64,000 nt of DNA from Trichosphaerium sp. ATCC 40318 (taxonomy: Eukaryota > Protista > Tubulinea): NCBI GenBank assembly GCA_038496445.1, contig JALMLS010000237.1:39304-103303 (forward strand), given 5' to 3'. Below, one piece after another: positions 10,578 to 22,700 of the stretch. The notes beneath the pieces are model-generated. The model saw only the letters and a list, made by a program, of their open reading frames with translations. It was not told the origin of the DNA and did not search any database. Made by a program: the position numbers and the translations under genes. How positions within the stretch are numbered: the stretch's first letter is position 1; each line of letters opens with the position of its first letter.

Positions 10578-11851
10578 TTATTGTAAGAATAGTGAAAGGG
10601 CATATTGTAGAAGTAATTCAGGTATCTTTCCCCTTTGAGGTTTGCATGCTGTTTGAGTTGCTAGTTCATAGCTCCCCATAATTGCCTTGATATGTAAGTA
10701 AAAACAGAATAAAATACTTTCGCCACATGTTGTACCTGTTTTTGAACATTTTCTCTTCTTCAGACACCTCATCGCTTGCAACATTCTTTGATGGTTTGGT
10801 TGGTATTTTAACTGTAATTACGTATTTTGCATTTGCTTGGAAATCTAACATAGTAAGTTAGTGCATTGCAATTCAGCTTTTTTTTGAATACCTTGGTGCA
10901 CAACCAACTCATCACGTACAGCCTCATTGACTTTGTCTTTTGATACCACAATCCCGTGTTTGTCTACCAAGGCGTAGTGACTCTGGTACCCTGCTTTTAC
11001 CGGCTCACCATTACTAAAGTTACCATCAGCAGTTGGCTTTTCTGTAACCTATTGAAATCACAAATGAATACAAAAGCTAGAAGATATTGGCGTACAGGAT
11101 ATGCATTACCCGGTGTGACTTGCGCCAAAACAAGAGTTTTCTCTTCATGGCCTGATGTATCATATGAGCAAGCATATTCAATGTTTCTCTAAATAAACAA
11201 TATGAGAAAGAAATAGGTGGGTTCATGTACCGTAAAGTAGATGCCTGTGCCATAGTACCCAGCAACTCTTACAAACCCTTCTAATACAATATCCTTAGCT
11301 CGTATTAGAGGTGTACCATGAACCATCAGTAAGACTGGTAGCTGAACAAATGATAAGATGATTCTATGGTGCTAGTATATGTTACCTCTTCCAAAGTGTT
11401 TGTACTTATGTTGTTATCCTTGATGAGAGCGTCAAACCTAGCCCTTATTTCTTTTCTAGGACTAATTGTGTCTTTCTTCCAATCATCCTTACAAAATAGC
11501 TTAGGGGTATTTCTAAAAGAGTAAGTTCTTGTTGATTGAGAATGATGTTAAATGTACTGGTTTTTGCGTTTTTGTACTATATTAAAGTTCTTAAAGGGTC
11601 CATTAAAGACATCATTGTGTACACGAAAAGCTTTCAAAACAGTGACTTGACTGTATCCAGGCATTTTTGACAACTGTTGATGAAGCAACTCAAGTTCTTT
11701 TTTGGCCTCTGTGGTGTCATCTAGTAAGTTCAAAACTGAGCACTCTCCTGTTGGAAGCTTCGCTAATTCGCCTACAATGGAAGAGGTAAATTACTCACAG
11801 GAAGATATCACGTTCTTGCTACTAACCTTCTAATGTTAGAGTTTCAGACAT
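10578..11851 (-). CDS. Stand-alone PARP-like (ARTD) ADP-ribosyltransferase, multi-exon
   Basis: Spliced LLMVHGT...GF...GYYGTGIYFT|RNIEYACSY...VLAQVTPGNAYP|V...GYQSHY...RDELVV gives an H-Y-E triad. Confidence 0.82.
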
Positions 11852-13192
11852 TGTAACGTTTGTTTGATGGTAGATGAAATGGCTAAAACTTAAAGACGCT
11901 CAATCAGAGAACACATGTTGAAGAATACTGTTCAATAATTGGTCTTACCAGTGCGATTGGTATATAGTACTTACCTACTAGCTAATCCCGTCTGATAAAC
12001 AAGCGTAGTAAAGCTAACTTAACTTAGATCCTTGTTACATTCAGAGAATACGGATTGAAGATTACTGTTCAGTTATTGCGATTTGCCATTGTGTAGTCGA
12101 ACTTGGTTGCTAGTGCTTGGGCCAAACAACACCTGGAATACAAATTTTTTCATTAAAGGGCGAGTAGAAAGTGTAGTGGGATATTTCATATGAAACCAAC
12201 AAAAATTTTGTCGGAAAACCTCTTTTCTCTCCTCCTCAACCCATAGTTAGTTCCTCATGTTGTCCATTCTCATACCATACTTTACTTACGCTGTGTTGTT
12301 TATCATTTTGTACCATTGAATCCTCATTCCTTTATGTTGCAATGTTTCATTAAAATGTTAAAAGGGAAAATCTGCAAGTGTTTTTTTCTCAATAAATACT
12401 GCATAATCTTCCCCGGTTGGAATATCCAGAGAATAACCCAATTTAACATATTTGTTTCGGCTTCGTAACATCAGACTGAAGTAAAATATGGTAGAACTGT
12501 ATTTTATCGAAGAAATCCTGGTATCTATTGACAAAACTGGCATTGGATTGTAAGTTTTCGAAATTAAACAATAAAGGGCATTGTTATTGAAGCAAAATGA
12601 TGCGTAGAAAACTATGAAACAGTAGGTTTATCTTGATACAAGAGATACTTCGTGCCTTGAGTTGAGCAAACTTTGTGAACGCTACCTGGTTGGTTCTTGT
12701 AATGGGTCGTTTTTTTGTTACCGTAACTCCTTTTTAGATTTGTATGACATGTGCATTGTTCAGCCAGTCGTGCCTTTAAATTATGCTTTCTAATGGGGCC
12801 GTCATCGACAAACTTTCAAGTAACAATTCTGACATTGACACAGAATCTTTTTAAGCGCTTTTTCTCACTGCATTATCTGTGTAAGTTTCCATTGGTGATT
12901 GTACAATGTATCTATGATACTATACTTGTAGTTGCAACAACATTTTGGAAGTTGTTACACTTGTGCTAACTTAAGTTATTTCAATAAAATTTATTTAAAA
13001 AGATGAAGTTGAGTTTATGCTTGCATCAAAGTTCGACAAAACTGTTGACCCAAAAAAGTGGTATTTCCATAACCTTAAAATAAGTCATTTAGTTCTATTT
13101 AGGTGGGTACAACAACAATTAGATGCCCTAAGGTATGTATTTGGTTATCCTTAGCGATTAAAAAATGATAGAGACTATGAGGACGATTTTGC

Positions 13193-13750
13193 CTACCTCC
13201 ACCTAACTGGACGTTCTACACATTTAATACCCAATGACTCAATACCTTCACGTGTTATATCACAATACTCACCAATTTCAACAACCTTGAGCGACTTCAT
13301 ATACAATTCAAACGTTCATATACTAAACATAACAATATAATGTGATACTTCCAATTCTTCAAGGTTTACTAGTTTCTTCATACCTTCATCTGTAATGTCG
13401 AATAAACGAGCAAGTACTAGCTTTTTGACATTTTTCAACTCGACGATACCTGCATCTGTTATATCTCCGCTTAACTGAACCGTATGGACATTTGCGAGGT
13501 GTTTAAGCCATGAATCTTTTGCGTCCCACACTGTAATCTTATGTACACCCTTGAGTGCTTCTATACCTTTAACAGTGCAGCCAAATCTTGACTTATTCTT
13601 GTTGGACGTTCGAACTTTCCACGAAGAATACATGTACGCGTAGTAGTATCTCCGGATAAACCATTGCAAATTAGGCAACATGCCAGTTTTGACTTGCAGA
13701 CATTAATGGGGACGTACTCTAATTTTATTAGTTAGGCTATGCACATGCTC
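13193..13750 (-). pseudogene. LRR gene relic or interrupted gene of the same GVH-type repeat family
   Basis: GIEALKGVHKI, LKHLANVHTVQL, ITDAGI, ITDEGM; in-frame TGA at 13316-13318, then the frame continues EYCDITREGIESL; no intact N-terminus found. Confidence 0.6.
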
Positions 13751-14170
13751 TAATTTTCTGATTTTAGACCATTATTGGCAGTACTTTTCATAGTCACGTG
13801 TTTAGAAAAGTACCATTCTGTTAACAGTAATTTAAACGCAAAACAGCCATTGGTAACTTGTGAAACAAGAAAAAGAAAGTGGTAGCTCGATCACATGTTG
13901 ACACCGAAACTGCCTAAACCCCTTCACATCAGAATTGCCCACTAAACTTACAATGCTGGCTTTGTATTTCTTATCAATGTTGTTACCTCTGATGTCAACT
14001 GCCAAAGGGATTAGGTTCAAAGACAATCCTTATGCCAATTCTGTCACGAGGATAGGTGCGTGCAAGTTGTAGTTAATTATGTTTATTGAACTAAGTTACA
14101 TGATAGATGTCGTTACGTATGAAGATTGCAGTGTTTGCGTGGAGGTGCGAAACTGTGAATACAATGATTT

Positions 14171-15209
14171 TTACATGGTTTTTATGTTCTTCCTTGCTTT
14201 TCTTTTGCCCATAAAGGTATAGTATACACTTGAGGGAGTTGGTATCATTGCTGGGACCTCTTTTCTGTAAGTTTTATAAGATTCACCCCATACAGCAATG
14301 AGTTTTTCTTCTTCGTGAGGGATTGCGAAATAAAGATAAACTACAATCAATGATACAAATAATAGCTTGTCACCAGTCATTATGGGAGAGACCATAATGC
14401 TTGTTACCAGGCTAAAGTACATTGGATGACGAACAAGACCATAATAGCCTGTTGTGAGTAGTGTGCCAATAGCACGATCAGAGCATGTATCATCAAATTC
14501 CTTATGTGTGGCACTAAGCTGAGAGAGACCAAAAAATACCTAAAAATCGTATTAGAATTTGGTGGGGAAAACGTGTTTGTTGCATACCATTAAGTCAAAT
14601 CCGAAAAGAGATGTTCCAAAAATGATAAATCCAAGCACCAAAGTATAAATTTCTCTAAAAGCGCTTGTTAGCCACTAATCTACTATATTAAAATTTTACA
14701 TACGTGTTTGAATCTGTACCATCGATGATCCAAATGTCAATTCCAATTCTTTGCCAAAGTACCATAACAAGGAAAGCTGACCAAACTGCGAATACTGAAA
14801 ATATCATACGTGTTAGTTGCTTGTAAAGTATCTAAGAACAAAAATGTCAGTCATGAAGATCAAGAAAGCATGGAAAAAGAAAGGTATATCTAGCAATTGA
14901 ATTTACAAGCTAATTAAATCTTTATAGAAGTACCTTGCTGATAACTGCTTGAATACTTTGCTTGGCTAGTAATGAATGTAGAAGACCCCACGTGAGATAC
15001 AGAGTTGTATTGAACAGAATTTTTTGAAGTACAGATGTTAATCCAAGATCAATGTTGATCGCTATTGGGATGAAGCTAGGCAAGTTCATACCCAGAAAAA
15101 ACCAGGCAAAGAACGATAAAAACGTAGGCGCTGATAATGCCATGAGGATGTATCCTGTAATCTGACATAACAATGGCATTCGCTTTGTTTCGAGGAGACT
15201 TGTTTCCAT
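14171..15209 (-). CDS. Nurim/MddA-like isoprenylcysteine methyltransferase-family membrane protein
   Basis: WGLLHSLLA, GFDLM|VFFGLSQ, LLTTGYYGLVRHPMY, EEEKLIAVWGESYKTYRKEVP. Confidence 0.82.
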
Positions 15210-16139
15210 GTGGTTTGTTGTTAGTAGATTTGTTATTTATGTCCTTGGTTGCTCAAAGTCTATTAGCATAATGGTTGCATACTTACTTCGCGAAGATCCA
15301 CGTGCTTCTCTGGACAGCACGATATTTCGGAGTTGAAAGCCAAAATTAGCTTAATGAACACATAATAAAATTGTTCACGTTTTTTGAGAATGTACTTAAA
15401 CTGTTGCTTATAGCTCGTGCAAGCAAAATTACTTGTAGAACTAACTCTGCTACCTGAAAACCATGTCAGGATGTACTAAACGGACGAAACAGTAATGTTC
15501 AATGAATATTCTCTGAGTCACATTTTTTCACGCACGTGCGGTTTCTAAAAAGCTTTCCCAAAATTAGTGTACGGCAAATCAATTGCTTTCTCCAAAATGT
15601 TGGTCGAGTTTTAGCGATGTAGACGTTCGCTAGGCACGTGCTTTTGAAAAATATAAAAACACCTTGTATTTGTACGCTACAGATTCAATGCTACCCAGCA
15701 CGTCATGAATACTTGTAGGGTTGTATGATATTTAACCGTACGAAAACGTTACATTAATCTTTTATTAGACCACTGGACTTTTGCCACTCGTAGTAGTTTC
15801 CACGATTCAACTTATTACCAGAGCGGTTGACAAAATCACGTCAAAAATTGTTAAATGCACTTTGTATTGCGTTTGTACAAGTGCACGACTGGTTACTTCA
15901 ACATAGACCTTAATTACAAACGGACAAACATGTAAAAAAGAAAGATCTCAGGCATGGTTTGTCCGATGACTGATTTCTTCATTCGTTATTGTGACCATTC
16001 ATTTTCTACAGATTTTATTGATACAACAGTTTCAAGATTTGCAATGTTTTTTAGTATAGTTGTTTAGTGATCATAAGTCTATCTAGATGCTCGTTTACAT
16101 TTTTTTGTTACACGGTTTTTTTTATCTTCTTGCGTCTTT

Positions 16140-17628
16140 TTAATCAGAATCAACAGACTCAGGACCATCAGAAGAAGGCTCAGAATCTTGCCCAGAACAA
16201 GAATAATCAGAGCTTTGGCTATCACCTTTACACTCTAATGGGGAAAAGATGAGAAAACACAAACCAGCTCATTGAATAAAACTTGAGATTGAAATTGTTT
16301 TTTCTTGATTTCTCTTTTGTATTATAATTTATTCCAAAAAAGAACGTACCAGGACATGCATCACCATGCGCACAATTAAGACAAACCAACTCTCCGCACT
16401 TCTCGCAATTTTTACCACATTTTGGAACACAAACATTAAAATCACAGAAATTACACAAATCAGCGTCTGCACCACCACATGTTTCGCATTTTACCATAAA
16501 ATCTCGACCACCACATGTAGGACATTCAGCGCACCTTGCACATTCATGACATGCATTTGTACCACATTTCTTGCAGTCTTCAATACAACTATTGCATATC
16601 TTCCTGTCAACTTCTTCACATAATGCTATAGCACATGTCTTTATACAAACACGACATATTCTATCACTACAACGTGTGCATCCTTCTATACATACTGCGC
16701 AAGTTACTTTATCACATGCAGCACATACTTGATGACAACCTAGAGTATAATAAGTGAGATTTGTGCAACAACAGGCCAAGAAAAAAAAAACAAAACAGAA
16801 AAAATAAAAAACGAGGTTAGAAAACCACTTTAGTTCCATTTGTTAGTTTGTGGCAATTCTACACGCGTGTGTGAATACATTAAAAGCGATTTAATAAATA
16901 AAGGTTAAGCTGTAGGCGTAAAGATATTTTTTCATAAAAATCCGTAAAACAGCGTTTTGTTGTTTGTGGTAATTCTATACGCGTGTGTGTATACATTGTA
17001 CGCTTTTTTAAAGCTGATAGTTACGCTGTAGCGTTATAAAAACCTTTTTTCAGAAAATAAATGCGAGATTGACACTACACCTTTGCATGCGAATCCAATT
17101 GCTTCTGCTTCGTCATGTATGGCACAAAATGATCCAGCTGCCACACAATTTGTGCAAAAGTATTTTTTACATCCTCTACAACGGTCCCAAAGCAGTTTGT
17201 TTTCTGTACATTGAGTACAAGCCCTACCAATTTGGTTACGTCCTTTCAATACTCGTGAGGGCTTTTATCAACTTCGAGCACCATAAAACGGTGGTTATGA
17301 TCTAGATATGATGAACGTACTCTCCATAGAGAACGCAAATGCGTTTTGTTGGGATTTTGTCCGCACTATCGTATTTCAAGTCCAATCGTGCCGTTTCTTT
17401 AATAGATTGTAGTGTTACGCCCTTGGGTAGAGTTTTGGATGAAAATAAATGCAGCCATAGTTTTTCATCATCGCAAACGCTGTACAAGTGTTTTGATACC
17501 AATGCAGTGTGACACAGATCATTTGGAGCAACACGCATAAGCACCTGTACTAAAACGTTGTCTGGGAGCTCGACAAGCGTTTTAGGGCTAAAAGTGACAT
17601 CTGTAGCAGGTCGCTTTGTCTCCTGCAT
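16140..17628 (-). CDS. F-box protein with a long Cys-rich (CxxC repeat) C-terminal region, multi-exon
   Basis: LVELPDNVLVQVLMRV...ALVSKHL...DEKLW F-box; downstream exons with many CxxC pairs; acidic Ser-rich tail. Confidence 0.8.
16846..17056. repeat. Diverged tandem duplication (period about 116 bp) inside an intron of the Cys-rich F-box gene
   Basis: GTTTGTGGYAATTCTAYACGCGTGTGTG.ATACATT at 16846 and 16962, each followed by GCTGTAG(G)CGT and TTTTTTCA. Confidence 0.8.
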
Positions 17629-18659
17629 TGACGTGAAACCAACAACAAAGAAAAAACTTAGCTATAACTGCACTCTAACTTAACTAGCCTCAAAAATACC
17701 ACTGGAGCGATTTTACTAGCTCTTGCGCGACTTCACAAAGTGTTTTTATGAGAAACGCAACTCTTTGGCATTTGGATATGTCGACGTTATCAACTCGACA
17801 TTCTGTGAAATATCTAACGCCATAGTGCAGAGACGTCTTTCAACTTAGCGAAAAGTACAGGCTAATTTACTCGTGCTGTTTGAAGGGTACTTCTGTTTAG
17901 ATGTAGTCAGCAGACGTAATGGAAAATAATGAGAAGAGATGAATTACAATTTTTCTGAGATACTGGATGTCTAGATATAATATTGTACGAAAGTATAGTA
18001 GTAAATTGCCGAGTAAATATTTGCCTCTTCTCCTTCAAGTTTTTGTTGCTGGATTGCTGAATTAGATAACATTAAAGCCTAGGTATCCACTTGTTTTTTT
18101 TTGTATTGCGAAGAGCAAGCTTTGTGTTTGTAGAAGGGAAAAAGCTAATTCAGCTTGCCGGTCGCCAACACGTGGCCTTTTATTATAAATAATTGTTTTA
18201 GGGCTCGATTGTTCTCTACTGTTGACGCTATTGGTAGCTAGAAGCGCTTATTCATACAACTTTTTCCCTGACAACTGAGCGAAACGGCATGAGTAGACTC
18301 CGTGAGGAACTTGCTCAAAAAAGAATAGAATTAAAAATGACACAGTTTTTGTATCGGGTAAATAGTTTACTAGCGGACAAACTGTAAAAAAAACGTGCAC
18401 AGGAGGGGAGTTTTATGATTGACGGTTTGGGGCACTTATAGAGGTTGGGGGGTAGTCAGAGCCGCGGTTGAGTTTCCACAACCAGCGCTAGGCTTTTTTT
18501 TCAAAGCGTCCTGCATTCTGTATTGTATTTGTTGTCACTACAGTTGATATCCGACAACCCAAAACCGGCCGAAGTGCCGTAAAACACGCAGTTTTCTCGA
18601 AGTTTCTACAAACAAAAAATACCAAAATATCAACCTACATACAACATCAGCAACACATC

Positions 18660-19381
18660 ATGAAAATAGCTCTATTATTGCTCCTTATTCTCGTTCCTTC
18701 TATCTATTGCGTATGCAGCAGTGGAAAGTTCGGTATAAAAACAAGAGACTCAGGAACAAGGTGCTCTATAACTATGTGCTACTCTGGTAAATGCTGCTCT
18801 TTCACTCCGGAATTCACACACACGCCCTATTGCTGTACTCCAGTTTCTACAGGGTACACCGGTAACAGATACATTGGATTCACGGACGAGCAGTGTACAG
18901 ACGACGGCGTTCAAATCCAGGAGATGAGATGGTACCTATTATTCTATTCTTTGAGTTTTAAAGTAGCAAACACCATTGGCTAACAATGACGTACAGGTAT
19001 GGTGATGACCGTGACTTGTTCTACGATAACGAAGATGAGTGCCAAATTGGTAACAGAGGTTATCCAAGCGCCACAGGAACTAGGTTCTGGATTGACGGTG
19101 ATGGTAACGGTGACTGTACTGGTGCTAGATTTAAAAAAAAGACATCATGGGGCAAAGCAGCTTGGAACATTTCAGCCAAATTGACCAGCGCTTATAGCGA
19201 TTCAACATGCTCTCAAGGCCTACTCAATCCTGCTAATGGCGTATGCTGTGCATCAACATGCGGCTCATGTGGAGGTACCGGCTGTAGCCAGCGCCCTGGA
19301 GGTTCCAGCGACTGTTGTATTAATGCCATTATAAACGCTGGCAATAATTGTACATCCAATCATGCTCCATGTGTACTCTAA
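18660..19381 (+). CDS. Small secreted Cys-rich protein, one intron (18932-18996)
   Basis: Signal peptide [17 protein letters not shown]; splicing joins the two ORFs (MRW|YGDDRD); C-terminal CCxxxCGxCGGxGCxxRPGGxxxCC module. Confidence 0.85.
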
Positions 19382-19723
19382 TGTAAATATATATTACTCT
19401 TGAGTCTAGATTCATTTTCGAACCAAAAAAAAGGTGTTGTTTTAGTAGGAGACAACCAATGCGCAACAGATGGAGGGTGAAATTGAGTTGAGTGTATCAT
19501 ACTTTTTACACGAGTGCAAAAATACAACTAACGATTATTTCTAATTTGTTTTTGACTTATTGTCAGAAAGGTGTGCTACACTTGTACTTTTATTTGGTCA
19601 TATTGCTATGCTGAAACATACTTTCTATTTGAATAAAATCGAATATTGTTGGTATATTTGTAATTTGATTACAGTTTTTTATTATTTCACAAAGTAATAT
19701 TTTACAGCAATTTTTGATGATCT

Positions 19724-22700
19724 CTACTTCAAAGATTTTCGTCTTTTCTTAATCCTTATGACCTTTCTCTTTGGTTTTTTAGATATTACCTTCTTAGGGC
19801 TTTTCTCAGAAGCTCCTTTCTTTGTTTTGCTCTGCTTACTAGGTGTTTTCTTTTCACTTCCAGACTTTCTTCTCTTCTTGATTCTAATCACTTTTTTCTT
19901 TCTTTTTGGCTTTTGTACAGCCTCTACAGGCTTAGGATTAACTTCTGGTACAATCTCTTGCATTATAGAAGCGTCTTCATCATCATCTTCGTCATCAGAA
20001 TCAAAAGACACTTCAGAACCAGAGTCCTCATCATCGCTATCCTCAAGCACGCGTCTATTCCTTACAGGCATTTCAAGAGGTGGAGTGTTCTCCTTGTCGC
20101 CTAAAAACAACAAAAGGTGAGAAGGAAAATCGTCTCAAAAAGCTCGGAGGGAAAAGAACCAAGAAGCTTACCGTGATCATCGAGCATGGCATCCAAATCA
20201 CCTAGCATATCTTCATCATCAGAGTCATCATTCCCAGCGTTTGATTCATCTATGCTCTTACGCAGCAACCTACGTTTCTTTCTCTGTGGCTCAGAAGAAC
20301 CATCATTTCGTTTGCGTTTCGTTCTAGTATTTACTTTAATTTTTTGGTTTTTTGGCATTTGTATCGTACCCTGATGACTCAACTTCTGTAGGTTGAACAA
20401 TAACTGGTCCACGCTCTTTATTTTGATGTGTTTTACGAAGTTTATCAAAGATTGCTTTTCGTGCTTCTCCTTCAGATTCCTGAAACAAAAAAGTTAAGTC
20501 ACATGCTAAAAGACAAGCTTGAAGAAATACTACATACCTCATCTTCCATATCAATATCTCCGCGTGTATCAAGCACCGACTCTCTGCTACGTTTCTTACT
20601 ACTAGTCGATTTTCTTGATCGTCGTGATGAGGATGCCTAGCAGTATACGTAAGGGTTGGAACTAAACAAAAAACCAGACAACAATTTTTATCATACCTCT
20701 TGAGATTCCATAGCCTTTCGAACTTTCCTCTCTTGTGCGTCAATATATTCTAGCTGGTCTCTAACACTATCAGGAATATCTGCATCCTAAAAAATCGTAA
20801 GGAGAAGCCTCTAACACTAACAAAAACCCTGAACTTACCTTTGGTATTTTACCCAATTCTTGAAGTTTCCTGAAGACATGACCTTCACTAATATTAGGAA
20901 GTCGCTCCAAGAATGATGCAGCAATAATCATATACAAGGTATCCTCTTCATTGTCAACCTTTGAGCTAAAACAGCCAATGAGATGAAACAGCTTCAAAAA
21001 AGAAAAAAAAAAGAACGCACTCTTTCCATTCTGCTATTAGTTGTCTTTCGAGTTCTGGTGTCCAGTTAACGCCAGACAGCTTATTCAGCCTTGTCTTTAA
21101 TGTCTCGGCCTGTCTTTTCTTCTCGTTATTGTACTCTTCAAGTTCTTTTTCGAGGTCAAGGTCATCGTAGTTATCTAGAGGCTCTTCTTCGCCTTCTGGT
21201 ATCGCTTCGTATTTTGATCCATCCGCACTAATTTTTTCACGTGAGTTGTTTTTCTTTGCATGCTTTTGTTGTTACATAGCACATAGAGCGCCTACGTACT
21301 TCATAACCTCAAGAACATCTCTACGAGTAAGTGGGTATGCCACACGAGCAATAACAGCTGGGTTCAAGGACAAGATGTCGAGAAAATTGTGGACAACCTA
21401 CAAATGTTTTAATCTAAAACGTTCAAAAGGAATATGTTCGTACGGTTCTAACTGCTTTCTGTAGTCCAATGAGCACTTTAGATGGCTTCTCAGCGAGTAT
21501 TCTATTGAACACGTACATAAAAGGTAACTACAGAAGAAATAAGGCATAAACAAGAACAACATATGTTAAGTGTAGAAAAAAAAAAACAGAAAAACTCACA
21601 TGGTACAAAACACCTTCCAACCCAATCATCGAAAAGTTCTCCACCATTGTTGCAATATGGTGGTTAGTATAAGGGTTGTTGGTGAGATACGTTTCAGCCA
21701 AAATCATATAGTTTGTAGCAATTCGATGAGTGCAATATCTTCGGACATAACTCTTTTCTTATGTGTCAGAACGTTTAGAAGCAGAATTACAAAAACTAAC
21801 CCTGTAGTCGAATAGTTTATCGTTTGCGAATGTCTCAGCGCGATCTCTCCGCTCATCAGCTGCAGCATCATATTCAGCATTTTCTTCCCTTTGTAGATCT
21901 GCTATGTCTTGAAGCTCAGTAGCTCTAGTTCCTAAACAAGAATTACAAAACGTGATTAGACTTCATTATTAACTTACCGCCTGTAGCATCACCTCTGCTC
22001 TTTTTCTTAACAATGAGGCTACTCTGATGGGTACCGTGTTGCTTTAAGAGTCTATGTAACCGGTGTACTAACTCTATCAAGGTCACCAAATACCTAAAAG
22101 GAAATCAGCGTGCGCCAATAGAAAAAACAAACAAACGTACTCTTTAGAGTTTTGGTTCGGCTTGTAAACACTCATCAAGTGTTGTACAGGCGCAAGTACT
22201 GTTTCTACCTCGTAGAATATATTGGCTTGTATTGTTTGTGATATTCTATAACTTTCAGTATCATTCATTAGCGTCAAGGCACCGAGCTAAGTAAGAGCGT
22301 TAAACTTTCACTAAAGAAGAAAAATCTTTTCAAAAATGATGCCGTTCTGGCGTAGCACGTGGTTTTTTAAAAAATAGTTACCATTGCATTAAGCGCAGAT
22401 ACAGCTGCTTCAAGTTTCTTTGAATCACGACTCTCAGGTGAGACATATGTATTTATGTTTGAAGAAATAATACTGAATACATTCATGCCCATAGTAGATC
22501 TACAAAAAAACATCAGCACTAGTACAACTCTCTACATTCAATTCTCGTCGCAACAACGTACCTAATTATTGATACGTCATATGTAGGTTCAAGCATAGCT
22601 TTGCCTATTTGAATCAAAGAGCGTCAGTAACCAACAAAAGCACTCAAAAAAAAAGTGTTGTATTCATTACCCTTTTTTTTACGCAACATATCTGCTGCTA

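Noticed and set aside
11900-13100. Short ORFs 12358-12543 and 12751-12969
   Set aside because: No motif and no convincing splice model
19758-20374. Plus-strand ORFs rich in Phe/Leu/Ser
   Set aside because: Antisense shadows of the Lys/Asp/Glu-rich Timeless C-terminus
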